Shown here: one piece after another, positions 15,650 through 29,253 of the stretch
How positions within the stretch are numbered: the first letter of the stretch is position 1
How the letters are laid out: each line of letters opens with the position of its first letter
Assembly: GCF_009914755.1 (NCBI RefSeq)
Contig: NC_060931.1
Source of the DNA: the human T2T-CHM13v2.0 reference genome, Homo sapiens
DNA length: 64,000 nucleotides
Reading direction: 5' to 3' (one strand)
The notes under the pieces: model-generated
What the model was told of the DNA's origin: nothing
Databases searched by the model: none
Seen by the model: the letters and a program-made list of their open reading frames with translations, nothing else
Made by a program: the position numbers and the translations under genes

Positions 15650-17240
15650 TGGGATACAGAAAACAAAACTATTAAGTGGCTGATCCCAGGTTCAGGACAG
15701 AAACTGCACAAGATAAGGAGGCCACAGAACAAATAAATTATCAAACATATAAGATGTGTCTAAAACACATTGTCATTCTTAAAGGCAAGGAAGCAATTAA
15801 ATACTATTACTGAACAATTAAATATTGTCAAAAAAAGTCACAGAGTTAATTTAAAACGACTTCTATTGGCTAAAATTCAAATAATTTAAGCATTAAAATG
15901 ATAGTAATAGTAATAACATTAAATGTAATCCTTTGATTCATAAAGCGCTAAAGTATATAAACTCATACACATATATGTGCTAAAGTATATAAACTCATAA
16001 TGAACAAAATTCTCTGGTCTTTGTAGAAAGTTGAATACTCAACTCATTATTCAGAAAACTGACAAGAATCTATCATTTCTCTTTATCCTACTTTTCCTGT
16101 ACAAACTAAAGGAAGAACAAAGGACTTGATTAAACTTTTTATGGAAGAATTTCTGTAATATTTGCAGGAAGCATTCTAGAGCATCACCATTTAACAACCT
16201 TTTCTCAAATAATGGATCTCTAGAAAAAAGATCCTCAATGGCTGCAATTTTATCAGGTCATTGGTTCTCAATCCTGTCTGTACATTTGAATCATTTAAGG
16301 CTCAAAAAAATTACTGAACACAGGTTTATCCTGGACTAATTCTAGGGAGTAGGGCTTGGGCATCAGAAATGTGTAGCAACTTCACAGATTCTAACAGGCA
16401 GACAGGGCTGAGAACCACTGCATTAAATGAAAGGCTGGTGGGAAGTCAGAATAGAGAAAGTAGGCAGATGATCCAGACCACACTGGTCACTCCTAGTGTC
16501 ACAAAAAGAGACAATTACACATAATGTGTCTCCCAACATGGTACGGTCAGAAGCACACAGAAATTCCTATGAAGTATTTTCACCAGAAGGTCAAACTTGA
16601 ATCAAATCAATCCTCCTGCACTATCAGTCAATACAAAAATACATGAAATAGATTTAAACATGTTAAATGCCACCACGGGAAGCAATTAGCAAAATCAAGC
16701 ATATGAGAAATTTTACAGGACAAATGACCTGCTTTCTTGAATTGAAAAAAAAAATTGGAAAGTTAAAACAAAAAGGAGAGAAGGAGAAACTCTTATAGGT
16801 TAAAATAGATTTAAGACATGACCCAGTGCAATACATTGACCTGGTTTGGATCCCGATTCAAACAAATCAACTACATAGAAACATTTATGATACAACTGAG
16901 GAAAGTTTAACCCTGAATGAATGTTTGGAAATATTAAGAAACTACTTTGATTATTTTAGGTATGAGAATATATTAAGTTTATTTTTTAAAAGGTCTTTAT
17001 TTTCTAGACTTATATACTGAAGTAATTTTAAATGAAATATATTGATATCTATATTTGTAAGAAAAAAACCGAAACATAATGATGACTGGGATATGGTTTA
17101 ATAATTAACCATGACCGGTAGAAGTTAGGTGGGAAGTAGAGAAGGGCATGTTGATAATTGTTGAAACTGGGTAATGAATAATTGGGGATTAATTACACTG
17201 TGTTTTTCTACTTTGGTACATGTTTTAAATTTTTTCATTA
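15650..17240 (+). mobile_element. Old L1 (L1MC/L1ME-type) 3' region, interrupted by a MER5 element at ~16258-16420
   Basis: gacctggtttggatcccgattcaaacaaa and gttgataattgttgaaactgggtaatgaa are typical old-L1 3' UTR; MER5 ends cattggttctcaa ... tgagaaccactg. Confidence 0.65.
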
Positions 17241-18425
17241 TTAAGAAGAAGTCTTCCTGGGAAGCTTTCCTAAAAGCTGCATATTATTAACCCCTAAGTT
17301 CTGAATGTCTTTCCTATTTTGATGGAAATCTTTTTGAAATGTGTATTTATCTTCTTAAGTACAATGTAGGGAAATTCGACTTACCCTGATTTTTAATAAT
17401 TTCTGGCATTGTAATGAACATCACTTACCATTACTTGCTACAGCTTTAGCTTTAAATGCTGATACAATGAATATACAGAAGGTAGAAATGAGTCTGCGCT
17501 AACTCAGCTGGTGGCCATGAAACGTGCTTTCTGCATGAAAGCTCCAAGGTAAACAGACTGTGTAGAGCTCTACAGCTTTGAACAGTAAATTATGGCTATC
17601 TGCTTGGAAAATCAGCTAGTGAATTCACACTTCCATCATTCATTACAAATATTTACCCAACAATTACTATGTGCCTTGGACTGGGCAAGATTCAGAGACT
17701 GACAATAAATAAGAGAAATAAGATCCAGGCCTTCTTGGAACCTCTTGGGGAACACAGGCAATAATTACACAAAGAAGACAATTACAAACTGTTAAAAAAA
17801 AAAAAAAAAAAGTGCCCTGAAGCACAGAAAAGGGAAATACCCTGCTGAAGGTCTCTCAGATCCTGAGAGGTAAGAGCTGGGATTCAAATTCAAGCTGTTG
17901 GGCTTCGACGTGCCAGGGTTAGTCACTGTCTCCCAAGTTGAGAAACAGGCATGGTATGTTTCACAGAGGGTAAAAACACTACCCTACACAGCATGTAGAA
18001 TTCCTTTTTAGAAAGATGGGCAGTGGGTCTCCTGCAGAAGTCAGGTTCAGTTTAAATGTCTGAACTATTTTCTTTGGTGAATGGGAGCTCAGTGGTTCTT
18101 GACCTGTAAATACAAATGTATTTCGATATAATTAATTTCCTTTGTAAGCCAATACATTTTGTTTTGTGGATTAAAATACAGATTAATAGTAATATTATAT
18201 TAATTATATTAATCTTTTATAGAAGAATTTCTGCTAATATTTGTAGGACGCATTCTAGAGCATCACCATTTAAAAACCCTTTCTGAAATAATGGATCTGA
18301 AATAAAATTCAGATTATAGTAATTAATTACTATTAGTAATTAATCACTGTTAATTAATATTACTATTAATCTGTATTTTAATCCACAAATTAGAATACAG
18401 TTTAATATTCTGAAAATTATAAGAC

Positions 18426-19107
18426 TGTCAAAGGAGTCAATGGCCTATAAGTTAGGTTAAGAACCCTGGGACCACATTCAAGAGTAGAATTAGGCCAGTT
18501 ATTATTATTCTCATGTCTGTTAGAAGTGAACAGATTGTAAAACTCATAAAAGTTATAAGTGAGTCAGTCGCAGTGAATTAGCCATGTTTCTAGCTTCTTT
18601 TGATGCATTAACATCTGTTCTGCATATATATGCCAGACACATCCTGCTCTGGAGAACCTAAAAATGTGCCTGAGTCACCTTGCCTTGGCCTGCTGCCTCC
18701 CTCGTTGCTTGTTCCATCCTCAAGAGGAGATGTTCTCCCAGGGGTGCACTTTTCAAATACAAACCATGCAATCCAGAATCCAAACTCCTAAGTACCTCCC
18801 TTATGGGGCTCTCCCACTTAGGGGCCACTACACACCTGCCCTAATCACCCCAAGGCCAATTGTTCAAACTGGCCAATCCTAAACCCACTTACCTGCCTCA
18901 CCTATACCTTCCCATAGGAACCATGGTATAAGCACTTGCCCACAGTTCCCATCTCTCTTTGTGCCTTGTGACTGACCCTAGTGTTTCCCCTCTTGGCCCC
19001 CCATAATGAGATGTGTACTCCATGTCTTGGGATTTACGAATATAATAAACTGTCTTCTCAATGGCAGCCATCTCCTGGTCTGTTGGCCTTGGCATACCTA
19101 ATTGACA
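18426..19107 (+). mobile_element. Solo ERVL-class LTR (MER54/MER74-like)
   Basis: TGTCA...TGACA termini; gccctaatcacccca and ccaatcctaaacc motifs; AATAAA near 19044. Confidence 0.6.
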
Positions 19108-19254
19108 GCAGAACATATTAAAACACACAGAGCTAGCAGAAGACTGTTGGCTCTTTGATGAAATCTGTGGGCACATGTTCTCCCTCTACTTGGCTATATG
19201 TGGGTCCTTAAAACCTTGTAAGTATCTCCGGGACAGAAAAGTCTATTAATGTGG

Positions 19255-21624
19255 TGTATTAGTCCATTCTCACACTGTTATAAATACCTGAAACTGGGTA
19301 ATTTATGAAGAAAAGAGGTTTAGTTGGCTCATGGTTCCTCAGGCTGTACAGGAAACATGGCTGGGGAGGCCTCAGGAAACTTTCAATCATGGTGGGAGGG
19401 GAAGCAGGCACATCTTACATGGCCAGAGCAGGAGAAAGAGAGAGCAGAGGAAGGTGCTACACATTTTCAAACAACCAGACCTCTTGAGAACTCACTCACT
19501 ACCAGAAGAACAGCAAGGGGAAAGTCCGTCTCCATGATCCAATCACCTCCCACCAGGTCACTTCCACAACACTGAGGATCACAATTCGACATGAGATTTC
19601 GGTGGGGACACTAATCCAAACCATATCATTCAACCCCTGGCCCCTCCCAAATCTCATGTCCTTTTCACATTCCAAAATACCATCATGCCTTTCCAACAGT
19701 CCCCCAAAGTCTTACTTTGATTCCAGCATTAACTCAAAAGTCCACAGTCCAAAGTCCCACTTGAGACAAGTCAAGTCCCTTCTGCCTATGAGACTGTAAA
19801 ATCAAAACCAGTTAGTTACTTCCAATATACAATGGAGGTACAGGCATTCACTAAACAGTACCATTCCAAAAGGAAGAAACTGGCCAAAACAAAGGGGCTA
19901 CAGGCCCCATGCAAGTCCCAAACCCAGCAGGGCAGTCATTAAATCTTAAAGCTCCAAAATAATCTCCTTTAACGCCATGTCTCACATCCAGGCAAAACTG
20001 ATGCAAGGGGTGGGCCCCCAAGGCTTTGGGCAGCTCTATCCCTGTGGTTCCGCAGGGTACAGTCCCTGTGGTTGCTTTCTTTCACAGGCTGCCATTGAGT
20101 GCCTGAAGCTTCTCCAGGCACATGATGCAAGTCGTCAGTGGGTCTATCATTCTGTGGTCTGGAGGAGAGTGGCCCTCTTCACACTGCTCCACTAGGCAGT
20201 GCCTTAGTGGGGACTCTTTGTGGGGGCTCAAACCCCACATTTCCCTTCGGCACTGCTCTAGTAGAGATTCTCCATGAGGGCTCTGTCCCTGCAGCAGACT
20301 TTTGCCTGGATATCCAGGCATTTGCATACATCCTCTGAAATTGAGTCAGAGGCTCCCAAGTCTTAACTGTTGCCCTCTGTGCACCCACAGGCTTAACACC
20401 ACATGGAAGCTGCCTAGGCTAATGGCTTGCATCTTCTGGAAAAGTGGCCTGAGATGTACCTGGGCCCCTTTAAGCCACAGCTGGAGCTGAAGCAGCTGGA
20501 TCATAGGGAGTAGTGTCCCAAGGTTCTGCAGGGCAGCAGGGCCCTGGGCCCAGTCCATGAAACCATTCTTTCCTCCTAGGCTTTCGGGCCTGTGATGGGA
20601 GGGTCTGCTATGAAGGTCTCTGAAATGCCTTTGAGGCATTTTCCTCATTGTCTTGAATATTAATATTCAGCTCCCCTTTGCTTATGCAAATTTCTGCAGC
20701 CAGTTTGAATTCCTTTCCGGAAAATTAGTTTATCTTTTCTACCACATGGTCAAGCTGCAAATTTTCTAAACTTTTATGATCTGCTTTCCTTCTAAATATA
20801 AGTTCCAGTTTTAGAACATCTCTTTACTTACATATATGACCATACATTTTAGAATCAACCAGGCCAAATCTTAAACACTTTCCTGCTTAGAAATTTGTTC
20901 TGCCAGATTACCCTAAATCATCACTCTCAAGTTCAAAGTTCCACAGATACCTAAAGCAGGGGAACAATGCCACAAGTCTCTTTGCTAAAGCATAGCAAGA
21001 GTGACCTTTATTCCAGTTCTCAGTAAGTTCCTCATCTTCATCTCAGACCACATCAGTCTGGACTTCATTTGTCAATATTACTATCAGCATTTTTATCACA
21101 ACAATTTAACTAGTCTCTAGAAAGTTCCAAACTTTCCCTCATCTTTCTGTCTTCTGAGCCTTTCAAACTGTTCAAATTTCTGCCTGTTACTGAGTTACAA
21201 AGCCACTTTCACATATTCAGGTATGTTTATAGCAATGCTCCATTCCTGATACCAATTTTCTGTATTAGCCCATTCTAGCATTGCCATAAAGTAATACCTG
21301 AAACTGGGTAATTTATAAAGAGCAGAGGTTTAATTGGCTTATGGTTCCACAGGATGTACAGGAAGCATGGCTGGGGAGGCCTCAGGAAACTTTCAAACAT
21401 GGTGGAAGGGGAAGCAGGCACATCTTACCTGGCCAGAGGAGGAGTAAGAGAGAGAAGGGGGAGGTGCTACACACTTTTAAATAACCAGATCTCTTGAGAA
21501 CTCACTCTCTACCATGAGAACAGCAAGGGGGAAATCCGTCCCCATGATCCAGTCACCTCACACCAGGCCTCTCAGCCAACATTCAACATGAGATTTGGCA
21601 GGGACACAAATCCAAACCATATCA
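19255..21624 (-). mobile_element. Full-length MSTA MaLR: 3' LTR 19255-19628, internal 19629-21260, 5' LTR 21261-21624
   Basis: Two direct LTRs (tgtattag...ccaaaccatatca) flank a MaLR internal region; 5-bp TSD tgtgg at 19250-19254 and 21625-21629. Confidence 0.92.
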
Positions 21625-21949
21625 TGTGGTATTTTATTTCATTATCTAAAATTATTTTACAGTTATAAAAAACTCCTCTCTTTATCACTCTTCAAAGTAA
21701 TGACTGCTGTTGGTTTCTCTGTTCTATACTGGCTTTATAGGCTGTTTAGCCAGTTTTCAGTAACACAGCTTTTAGTCGTGTCAAAACATTATTTCATTCT
21801 TCATAGTGTACAATTCATTATCAGTTTAGTTACTACATATAGGTCTTCCATTTTTAACAACAAAAAAAGTGTATATCTTTTAAGTGGTGTATTCCAAGAC
21901 ATTTCTTATATGGCAGGATGATTAAAAGCCTGGGCTTTGAAGTCATTCT

Positions 21950-22570
21950 TCCATTCAAAAATCATATATTGGTCACCCACTCTTTGCCAGGCACTGTGCT
22001 ATGTGTTAGGGATACACTGATGAACAGTAACAGACACTGCCTCTGTGGTGCAATTAACTAAGTGAAGAGGACACAGGTTAATCAACTTATCAGGGATATA
22101 AATATGTAACAGAACTGTAACAAGCGCTGAGAAGACATAGTACAAGTTTCTGTACAAATTCCTTTGGGAGGGCCTGACCCATTCCACGGGGTCAAAGGAA
22201 CTTCTCTAAGAGAGCTAAGATCTAAAGGATAATTATCAAGTTACTCAGGAAAAGGAGGGTTGAAAATAACCTTCTGGTCAGAAAGAACAAAGGCCCCACG
22301 AGGGAAGGCAACATGACATGGTAAGCAAAATTGGCACATGGTGAGAAGGAAAAAGCAGGCAGGGGTGAGACTGCATGGAGTCTTGGAAGCCATTTCAAGG
22401 TATATCAGCTTCACCATCATGACAATGAGAAGCCACTGAATTTTGAATTTCAGCTAGGAATTCCAGCTCTACTGCCTTTTAGCTATATGACATTCAGCTT
22501 GAACTTTCCTATGCCTCAGTTTTCTCACCTGTAAAATGATATAAAAATAAGTCCTACTTCATAGAAGAGC
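21950..22570. mobile_element. L2 fragment (minus) followed by MIR (plus)
   Basis: tattggtcacccactctttgccaggcactgtgct (L2 3' end reversed); cctcagttttctcacctgtaaaatg (MIR core). Confidence 0.6.
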
Positions 22571-22769
22571 TATATGACAAAAAAAAAAAAAACAAAAAAC
22601 CAGAGTGAGACTCTCATATACATAACCTATAATTACTGCAAGTCACTTTAGACTTAAGGGTTTTCTCTTAATCTTTCTCAGTCAGTCTGAAAGATTAGAC
22701 TATTCCTAAATCAATTCAGAAATGGAATCTTCAGCTGTTTGAAGGTCTACCAGATGGACAAGAAAGGAA

Positions 22770-23745
22770 ACTCTGGGATATAACTATCTATCATACTATC
22801 ACGGTCAATTTCAACATCTCTAACACTAAACTTACCTCCATTCCTCCAAAACCTGTATGTCCCTCCCACTGTTTTTCCTGTAAATGGTATAATCAATCCT
22901 TCAATCATGTAAACTAGAGACTTGGCAGGGAAGCTGAACCTCTCCCTTTTCCTCAGCTCTATATCTAATTAGTCTCAAGTCCTTCAAATTGTTCTGGCAA
23001 GGCGTCGGGTGAATTCCTCCCCCTTTTCTGCCACAACTGGCTAGTTCAGGCCTTCATCCTCTTTTGCTATCCAACTATAATTACTTTATAATAGAACTCT
23101 TCAGCTCACAGATTTCACCTCCAATTCACCCTTCGGTTACTTTTATAGAACATAGATCAAGTTCTTCTGCTTATAGCTACCCTTTATGGTTCTTCTTCAA
23201 CTACCATTTATTTCGTCTTCCCTCAACTGCCTCTGAGAGAACAAAGTTTAAACTCTTGAGCAGGGCACACCAGGCCCTCTTCAGCTACCCCTTAAACTTT
23301 TTCTTAAACCGTGCTTCCTGCCAGCTCTTTCCTAGACACATTCTATATATGGAAAACAACAAAACTGCTTGCACATCTCCAAAATGCACCATGCACACCT
23401 CCCAGTGCCTATACATCTTCACTCCTGCAGTGCCTTCTGCCTGGAATACCATCCTGCCCCAGCTTTCCTGTTCTCATGTGCTGAGCAACATCTACTTTTC
23501 CTTCAAGCCCAGCTTGAACATCAAGTCCAGTGTAAAGATTCTCTCCCAACTCCCGCCTTACCTACAGATCTTTTCCCTCTTAATGCTCTTTGCAAATACC
23601 TCATAAAGCAGTTATCCTATTGTTCTTGTTTCTGTCCCTCCATCTCATCCCAGTAGAGGGCACAGAACATGGCCTATCTCCCCATCACACAGAAAAGTAC
23701 CAGGCTCAGTAGTGGTGCCTAATATAGGTTAGGTGAGTGAATGAG
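22770..23745 (+). mobile_element. L2 3' region
   Basis: aagtttaaactcttgagcagggcacaccaggccct, ccttctgcctggaataccat, gtggtgcctaatat...gagtgaatga. Confidence 0.7.
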
Positions 23746-25104
23746 AAAATAATTAAATTAAAGGGAGATGGTTTCATCCTGCTAGATAAGCTGTTAGAGA
23801 TTTTTAAACAAATTAGAAGATGTTTTAATAAGAACCGAGCTTTCTATCACTGGAAGTTTTCCAGAAGAAAGATGGTTTCTGAAAAACAAAGTCAAAGATT
23901 TATATATCAGATTAGAAGCTGGCTAAAGTGTTCTCAAAAGTACTTTAAACTAAAACTTTGCACTATACTCTGTCCCAATGTTTTTTTTCACAGGAGTATA
24001 CCCAAACATTGCAGCTGTGCACAGAACATTAGTCAAAATAAATAATAACACCAAGCCTTACTCTATAGTAAACAAGCAACCCTGGGAATAAAATGGCTTT
24101 TTCTCAAGGAATTGATTCCAGCAACATTAAATGTCTGAGAACAGTTTCATCCTCAACAAGTGAGGCTTTACTCACTGGGCTTGAGAAAATGATAACAATA
24201 AAAACAAATATAGTGCATGCCTATAGCAAGAAACTGAACTAAAACGAGACTAGGTCAACTCAATAACTAAACCTGATATTAAACCTAGAAGCACAACTTA
24301 TGTGAGGAATTCAGGACTCCTTGCTAAACATGTTATTTTCTGCTAATTTTCCAAAGTAACTATGAAAATAATCCTTCAAATGCCACTCACATTGGCTAAA
24401 TTATTAGGAACATTATAGTTATCACAGGCAGCTAGGTTTTATAGCTCCTTTTGCTTTCTCCAGTATTGCAACATGTTACCTGAAGCTCAAGGAGATATTT
24501 TAAAACTAAACAAAGTGTTACTTGATAGAAATACATTTAATATATTATTTGGCAGGACATTTGTCACAATGTCTCTTGCAAAATACTTAGAAAGTGCTAG
24601 CTTTCAACAAATATTTGGAAACATAAAATTTGCAGTGTTGAGGACATGGTCTGCTTTTGCTTGCATCTAATTATATAAAAACAAGTCTTGAATCAAGTTG
24701 TTTTCTGAATCAGAATTGTATGTGTATGCGCATTTCCTAAGTGTATTATGAAATGTGTACCTATAATTTCCATAAAATAGTAAGGTCACGGTCAAGAAAC
24801 AGTCCTTTCTATCTTTAAACTGTCTGCCATCTGTAACATATAGTCCCACATAAGATGACAGTGACACAAATAATTTCTGTTCAAGGATGACAGCTGTCTA
24901 AAACCACATACCTAAACTTTTCATGTCAAACCTGTTAGCAAAGAGAGGAACATAAAAGACCTGAATCTTAGTTACAGCTTTGTCTGTATAGAAAAGGACT
25001 TCGACAAATAATTCAAACTTTCATAATTTTTATTGGCTAATCTTGAAAATGGGAAAATTGGACCAGAAGCTTTCCTTCTTTTAAAAAAGAATTTAAATTT
25101 TTCT

Positions 25105-25230
25105 GGTGTTTTTTTCTGTCTCCTAGGCATGATCATAGCTCATTGCACCTGGAACTCCTGGGCTCAACTGATCCTCCTGCCTTGGCCTCCCAAGTGCTGA
25201 GGTTACAGGCATGAGCCACCATACTTAGCC
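25105..25230 (-). mobile_element. FLAM/AluJ monomer
   Basis: gaactcctgggctcaactgatcctcctgccttggcctccca...gagccacc. Confidence 0.8.
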
Positions 25231-25600
25231 TTTAAATTGCTATTTGTTAAAATGTAAAAGTAAGATCAAGCCTTGATTATTTGGAGGCTGGTCACACGAG
25301 GTGAGTCACACGTGTGTTTCATGTTGCCAGGCCTGCTCCCTTTTGCCTTTTTGTGAGTCTGTGCCTTCTCAGCTTCCCTCTACCAGGGGAAGGGCAGAAG
25401 GAAAGAGAGCAAACAGGTAACACTATTTGCTAAAGCTGTGAAAGAATAGGCAATGTAAATGATGGCTGAAATACAGTCTGGAGATTACTGGTGGGTATCA
25501 TTTCAGAATGAACATCAATTAATTAGAGCTGAATAAATCAGTATCACCCTGGAGCTGTTCTGACCGATAGTTTTTCTAGACCACCATGTTTTCCTATAGA

Positions 25601-25743
25601 TAGGGTGACCATGCATCCTGATCTGACCAGAAGAGACCCACTATAAGCCTCTGTTGTTTGGGCATAATTCTTAGCAGAAACATCCCCTTTTCTTCAGTCT
25701 CCACATTGTCCTAGTTGCCATGATAAAGTATATGATCACCCTA
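25601..25743 (+). mobile_element. MER94-like hAT MITE
   Basis: Terminal inverted repeats tagggtgaccat ... atgatcacccta, ~140 bp. Confidence 0.75.
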
Positions 25744-26037
25744 AAGTCACTATAAGTAGAAGAAGAGTAAAATGCCTCATTCTACATGATAGTTTCTGTG
25801 CAGTCTAACTGCAGTAAACTCCACTTCCCCAGTGTCCCAGCTCAGGATTATTCCCTGAGTGGAGTCAATGAGGGAGGAGCCTATTGCTCAGTATGCAGCA
25901 GAATGTGCTATGAAGAATCTTCCATGTACTTCTCAAAAAACATTCCTTAAGAAGCATGCAGCGGCTCAAGTCTTTGCTCAGCTGAGCCACAATGTATATA
26001 TAAAAAGGTCGATCAGCTTTGCTCTGAGACTAAAAGA

Positions 26038-26368
<331 letters not shown>

Positions 26369-27824
26369 TAAAAGACCACAAATATTTGTTGGAGGGCTTT
26401 CCACTATTCCTTAGGAAGAGTTCAAAAATACTTGAATACCATTCATAGCGTAAAGTTGGGGACACCAATTTAAAATGTAGTATTTTAATATGATTCATAA
26501 ATGTCCTTCCTGTGAATTCAAACTTCTACTTGCCAAGGATCTAACTCTTCAGATTCTGTGTGGATCAAACACTTAAGGTTCACTACGGATGGCCAGAGAA
26601 AAAGAAAGAGAGCATTGAGCCTCCTGTCATTTCATCTGCCACGCATATATCTCAAAAGCATAAACTAAATTTCCTGTCTACTTTTTTAGACTTTCTTTTA
26701 TAAGTTACTTTTCATATTTAATCAGGGTAGTTCTTCTCTATTGCTATTATCTTTAGTAACGGTAAGTAAAAAACAATGGTTCTTATATAATGGTGAGATA
26801 TGGGAGTTTATATTATACATTTAGAAAATTAGAAACAAACACATATTTGATGAATTTTAAATGTTCACCAATGTCAGAAATTTTCAAGGAGAACCATATT
26901 TATCTATATTTGCAATAATAGAAAATTACCATCTAAGAAATACAAATGACCAAAAAGCTACAGAAACTGTCTTTAAAATGGTAGAAAGCTCTCATTTCTT
27001 TAAATAATATGCCATTTAAATTTTACTAGTAATAAAAGCGTATAAATTTGAAGGAAAGGTAACCCACGTCCTTACTCCACCATGGAGAGAAGGTGAATCA
27101 TGGTCTCAAAAGAACCCTCAGGCAGTTCACCTACCCACACCATCTCCTATGTGCTCCTTCCCATCACAGACCCACAATACTCATGACAAACCTAGAAGGC
27201 CCAATACTTTTGTGCCGACCCCAGTACAATAGTACTAGAATCTGGCTTCTTCATGATGTGGAAAAGACACTCTACAGATGGCAAATCAAGGTGACTGGAT
27301 CCATACAATAAAGAGAATGCAGAGCATGTGTGATCTTGAATGTGCTATGGATTGTTTCTTCTTAGACGCATTTATAGCTTACACTTAAAAACACATCTAT
27401 GCCTTACATTTTTTAAAAAGTACTCAAGATATACTTTTTAACTTAAAAAAAAAACTCTCAGTTTGATTTTTGACTCTCAGAACAGGAAAACAAAATTGAA
27501 TGGGTTCCCAATGTTTTTGTGATTAAGATTTATTTTTTTTTCCCTAAAATCCTAGTGGGGTAGAAAAGGTAAGAAGGTACCAATATAGTAAAAATAGATT
27601 TAAAAAAACTAAGACTACTTAAAATGCCAGTGGAGAGTAAAAGCCTATAGCTTTTCACCTCATGGGTAATGGGGACAAGGTTGTCAATCTTGCAGACCCA
27701 GAGGGAGGAACAATCTCCCTCTCCATAGTCAGAATGTAAAGTCTGGTTTAAGAAGTGGGGTTCATATGCCACACTGGTTTGTTCTACTTGTAATTCCCAT
27801 GAGAACTAAAAGCTAGTATTAAAG

Positions 27825-27985
27825 CCTTGCTCCTCAGGGTGTGGCACTCAGACCAGCAACATTGGCATCACAGAGGAGCTTGTTAGAAATGCACTCTCAG
27901 ATAGAACGCACAACATACTAAATCCAAATCTGCATTTTAACAAGATCTCCAGGTGTGCATGCACTCTGAGGTTTTAGAAGCACTG
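27825..27985. mobile_element. MER5A
   Basis: gaccagcaacattggcatcacagaggagcttgttagaaatgca...ctgcattttaacaagatctccaggtg...agaagcactg. Confidence 0.8.
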
Positions 27986-28435
27986 TTCTAGAGAACTTGG
28001 AATGAGCAGGTGGACAGCTAATCCCTTCCTTCTGAGGATGTTTACTTGACTTCTCTCATGCAAATAAATCCATCACTGTTTCCAGCAATTTAACTTCTAC
28101 TACACTTGGATAAAAAACAAAACTGGACTTTCAATTCCTGTTCTGCTACTTACTAGCAAGTTATTGAACTACTGAGTACCAGTTTCTTTATCTAAAAAAA
28201 AGAGAGAGAGAGAGAGAGACTAAGAAAGAAAACTATTTTATGGGTCTATTATGAGAACTAGATGAGAGTAATGTTAACAATGGCCAGGAATGTCTCCAGC
28301 ACAGGCTGAAAACACCTTCTGACTTGGTAATGATAGGATCTGCAAACATTGCCTTAACACTGAAGAAGTAAAATCAGTTTCCCTAAAATTAGCCTATTAT
28401 ACATTTCATACTATTCTAACAAAAATCCCAGCAGA

Positions 28436-28736
28436 TTTTTTTTTTTTTTTTTAATTTGAGACAGAGTCTCACTCTGTCACCAGCCTGTAGTGCAGTGGGG
28501 CAATCTCTGCTAACTGCAACCTCTGCCTCCCAGGTTCAAGTGATTCTCCTACCTCAGCCTCCTGAGCAGCTGGAATTACAGGTGCACGCCACGACACCCG
28601 GCTAATTTTTGTATTTTTAGTAGAGACAGGGTTTCACCATGTTGGCCAGTATGGTCTCAATCTCTTGACCTCATTAACCACCTGCCTTGGCCTCCCAAAG
28701 TGCTTGCATTACAGGTGTGAGCCACTGCACCCAGCC
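28436..28736 (-). mobile_element. AluSc-like
   Basis: Full reverse Alu with atggtctcaatctcttgacctc; TSD ca(g/a)cagat. Confidence 0.9.
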
Positions 28737-28815
28737 TCAACAGATATTTTTAATTGGATAAAATAATCTTAAAGAACATTTTTAAAAACAAACCTTAACC
28801 AAGTCAAGAAATGCA

Positions 28816-28816
28816 G

Positions 28817-28847
<31 letters not shown>

Positions 28848-28912
28848 TATTTATATTTAGACATATATTTATATTTATTTTTATACATAATATATTCGTA
28901 TTTATACATATA
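28816..28912. repeat. (TA)n / AT-rich low complexity
   Basis: atatatatat...atatttatattt. Confidence 0.85.
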
Positions 28913-28937
28913 AAATCCTGTAGAAAATTATATTACA

Positions 28938-29253
<316 letters not shown>

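Noticed and set aside
19305-20648. Cluster of overlapping ORFs on both strands
   Set aside because: All within MSTA LTR/internal sequence; fragmented.
23064-23606. 180-aa ORF
   Set aside because: Lies in a degraded L2; TTG start, biased composition, no exon signals.
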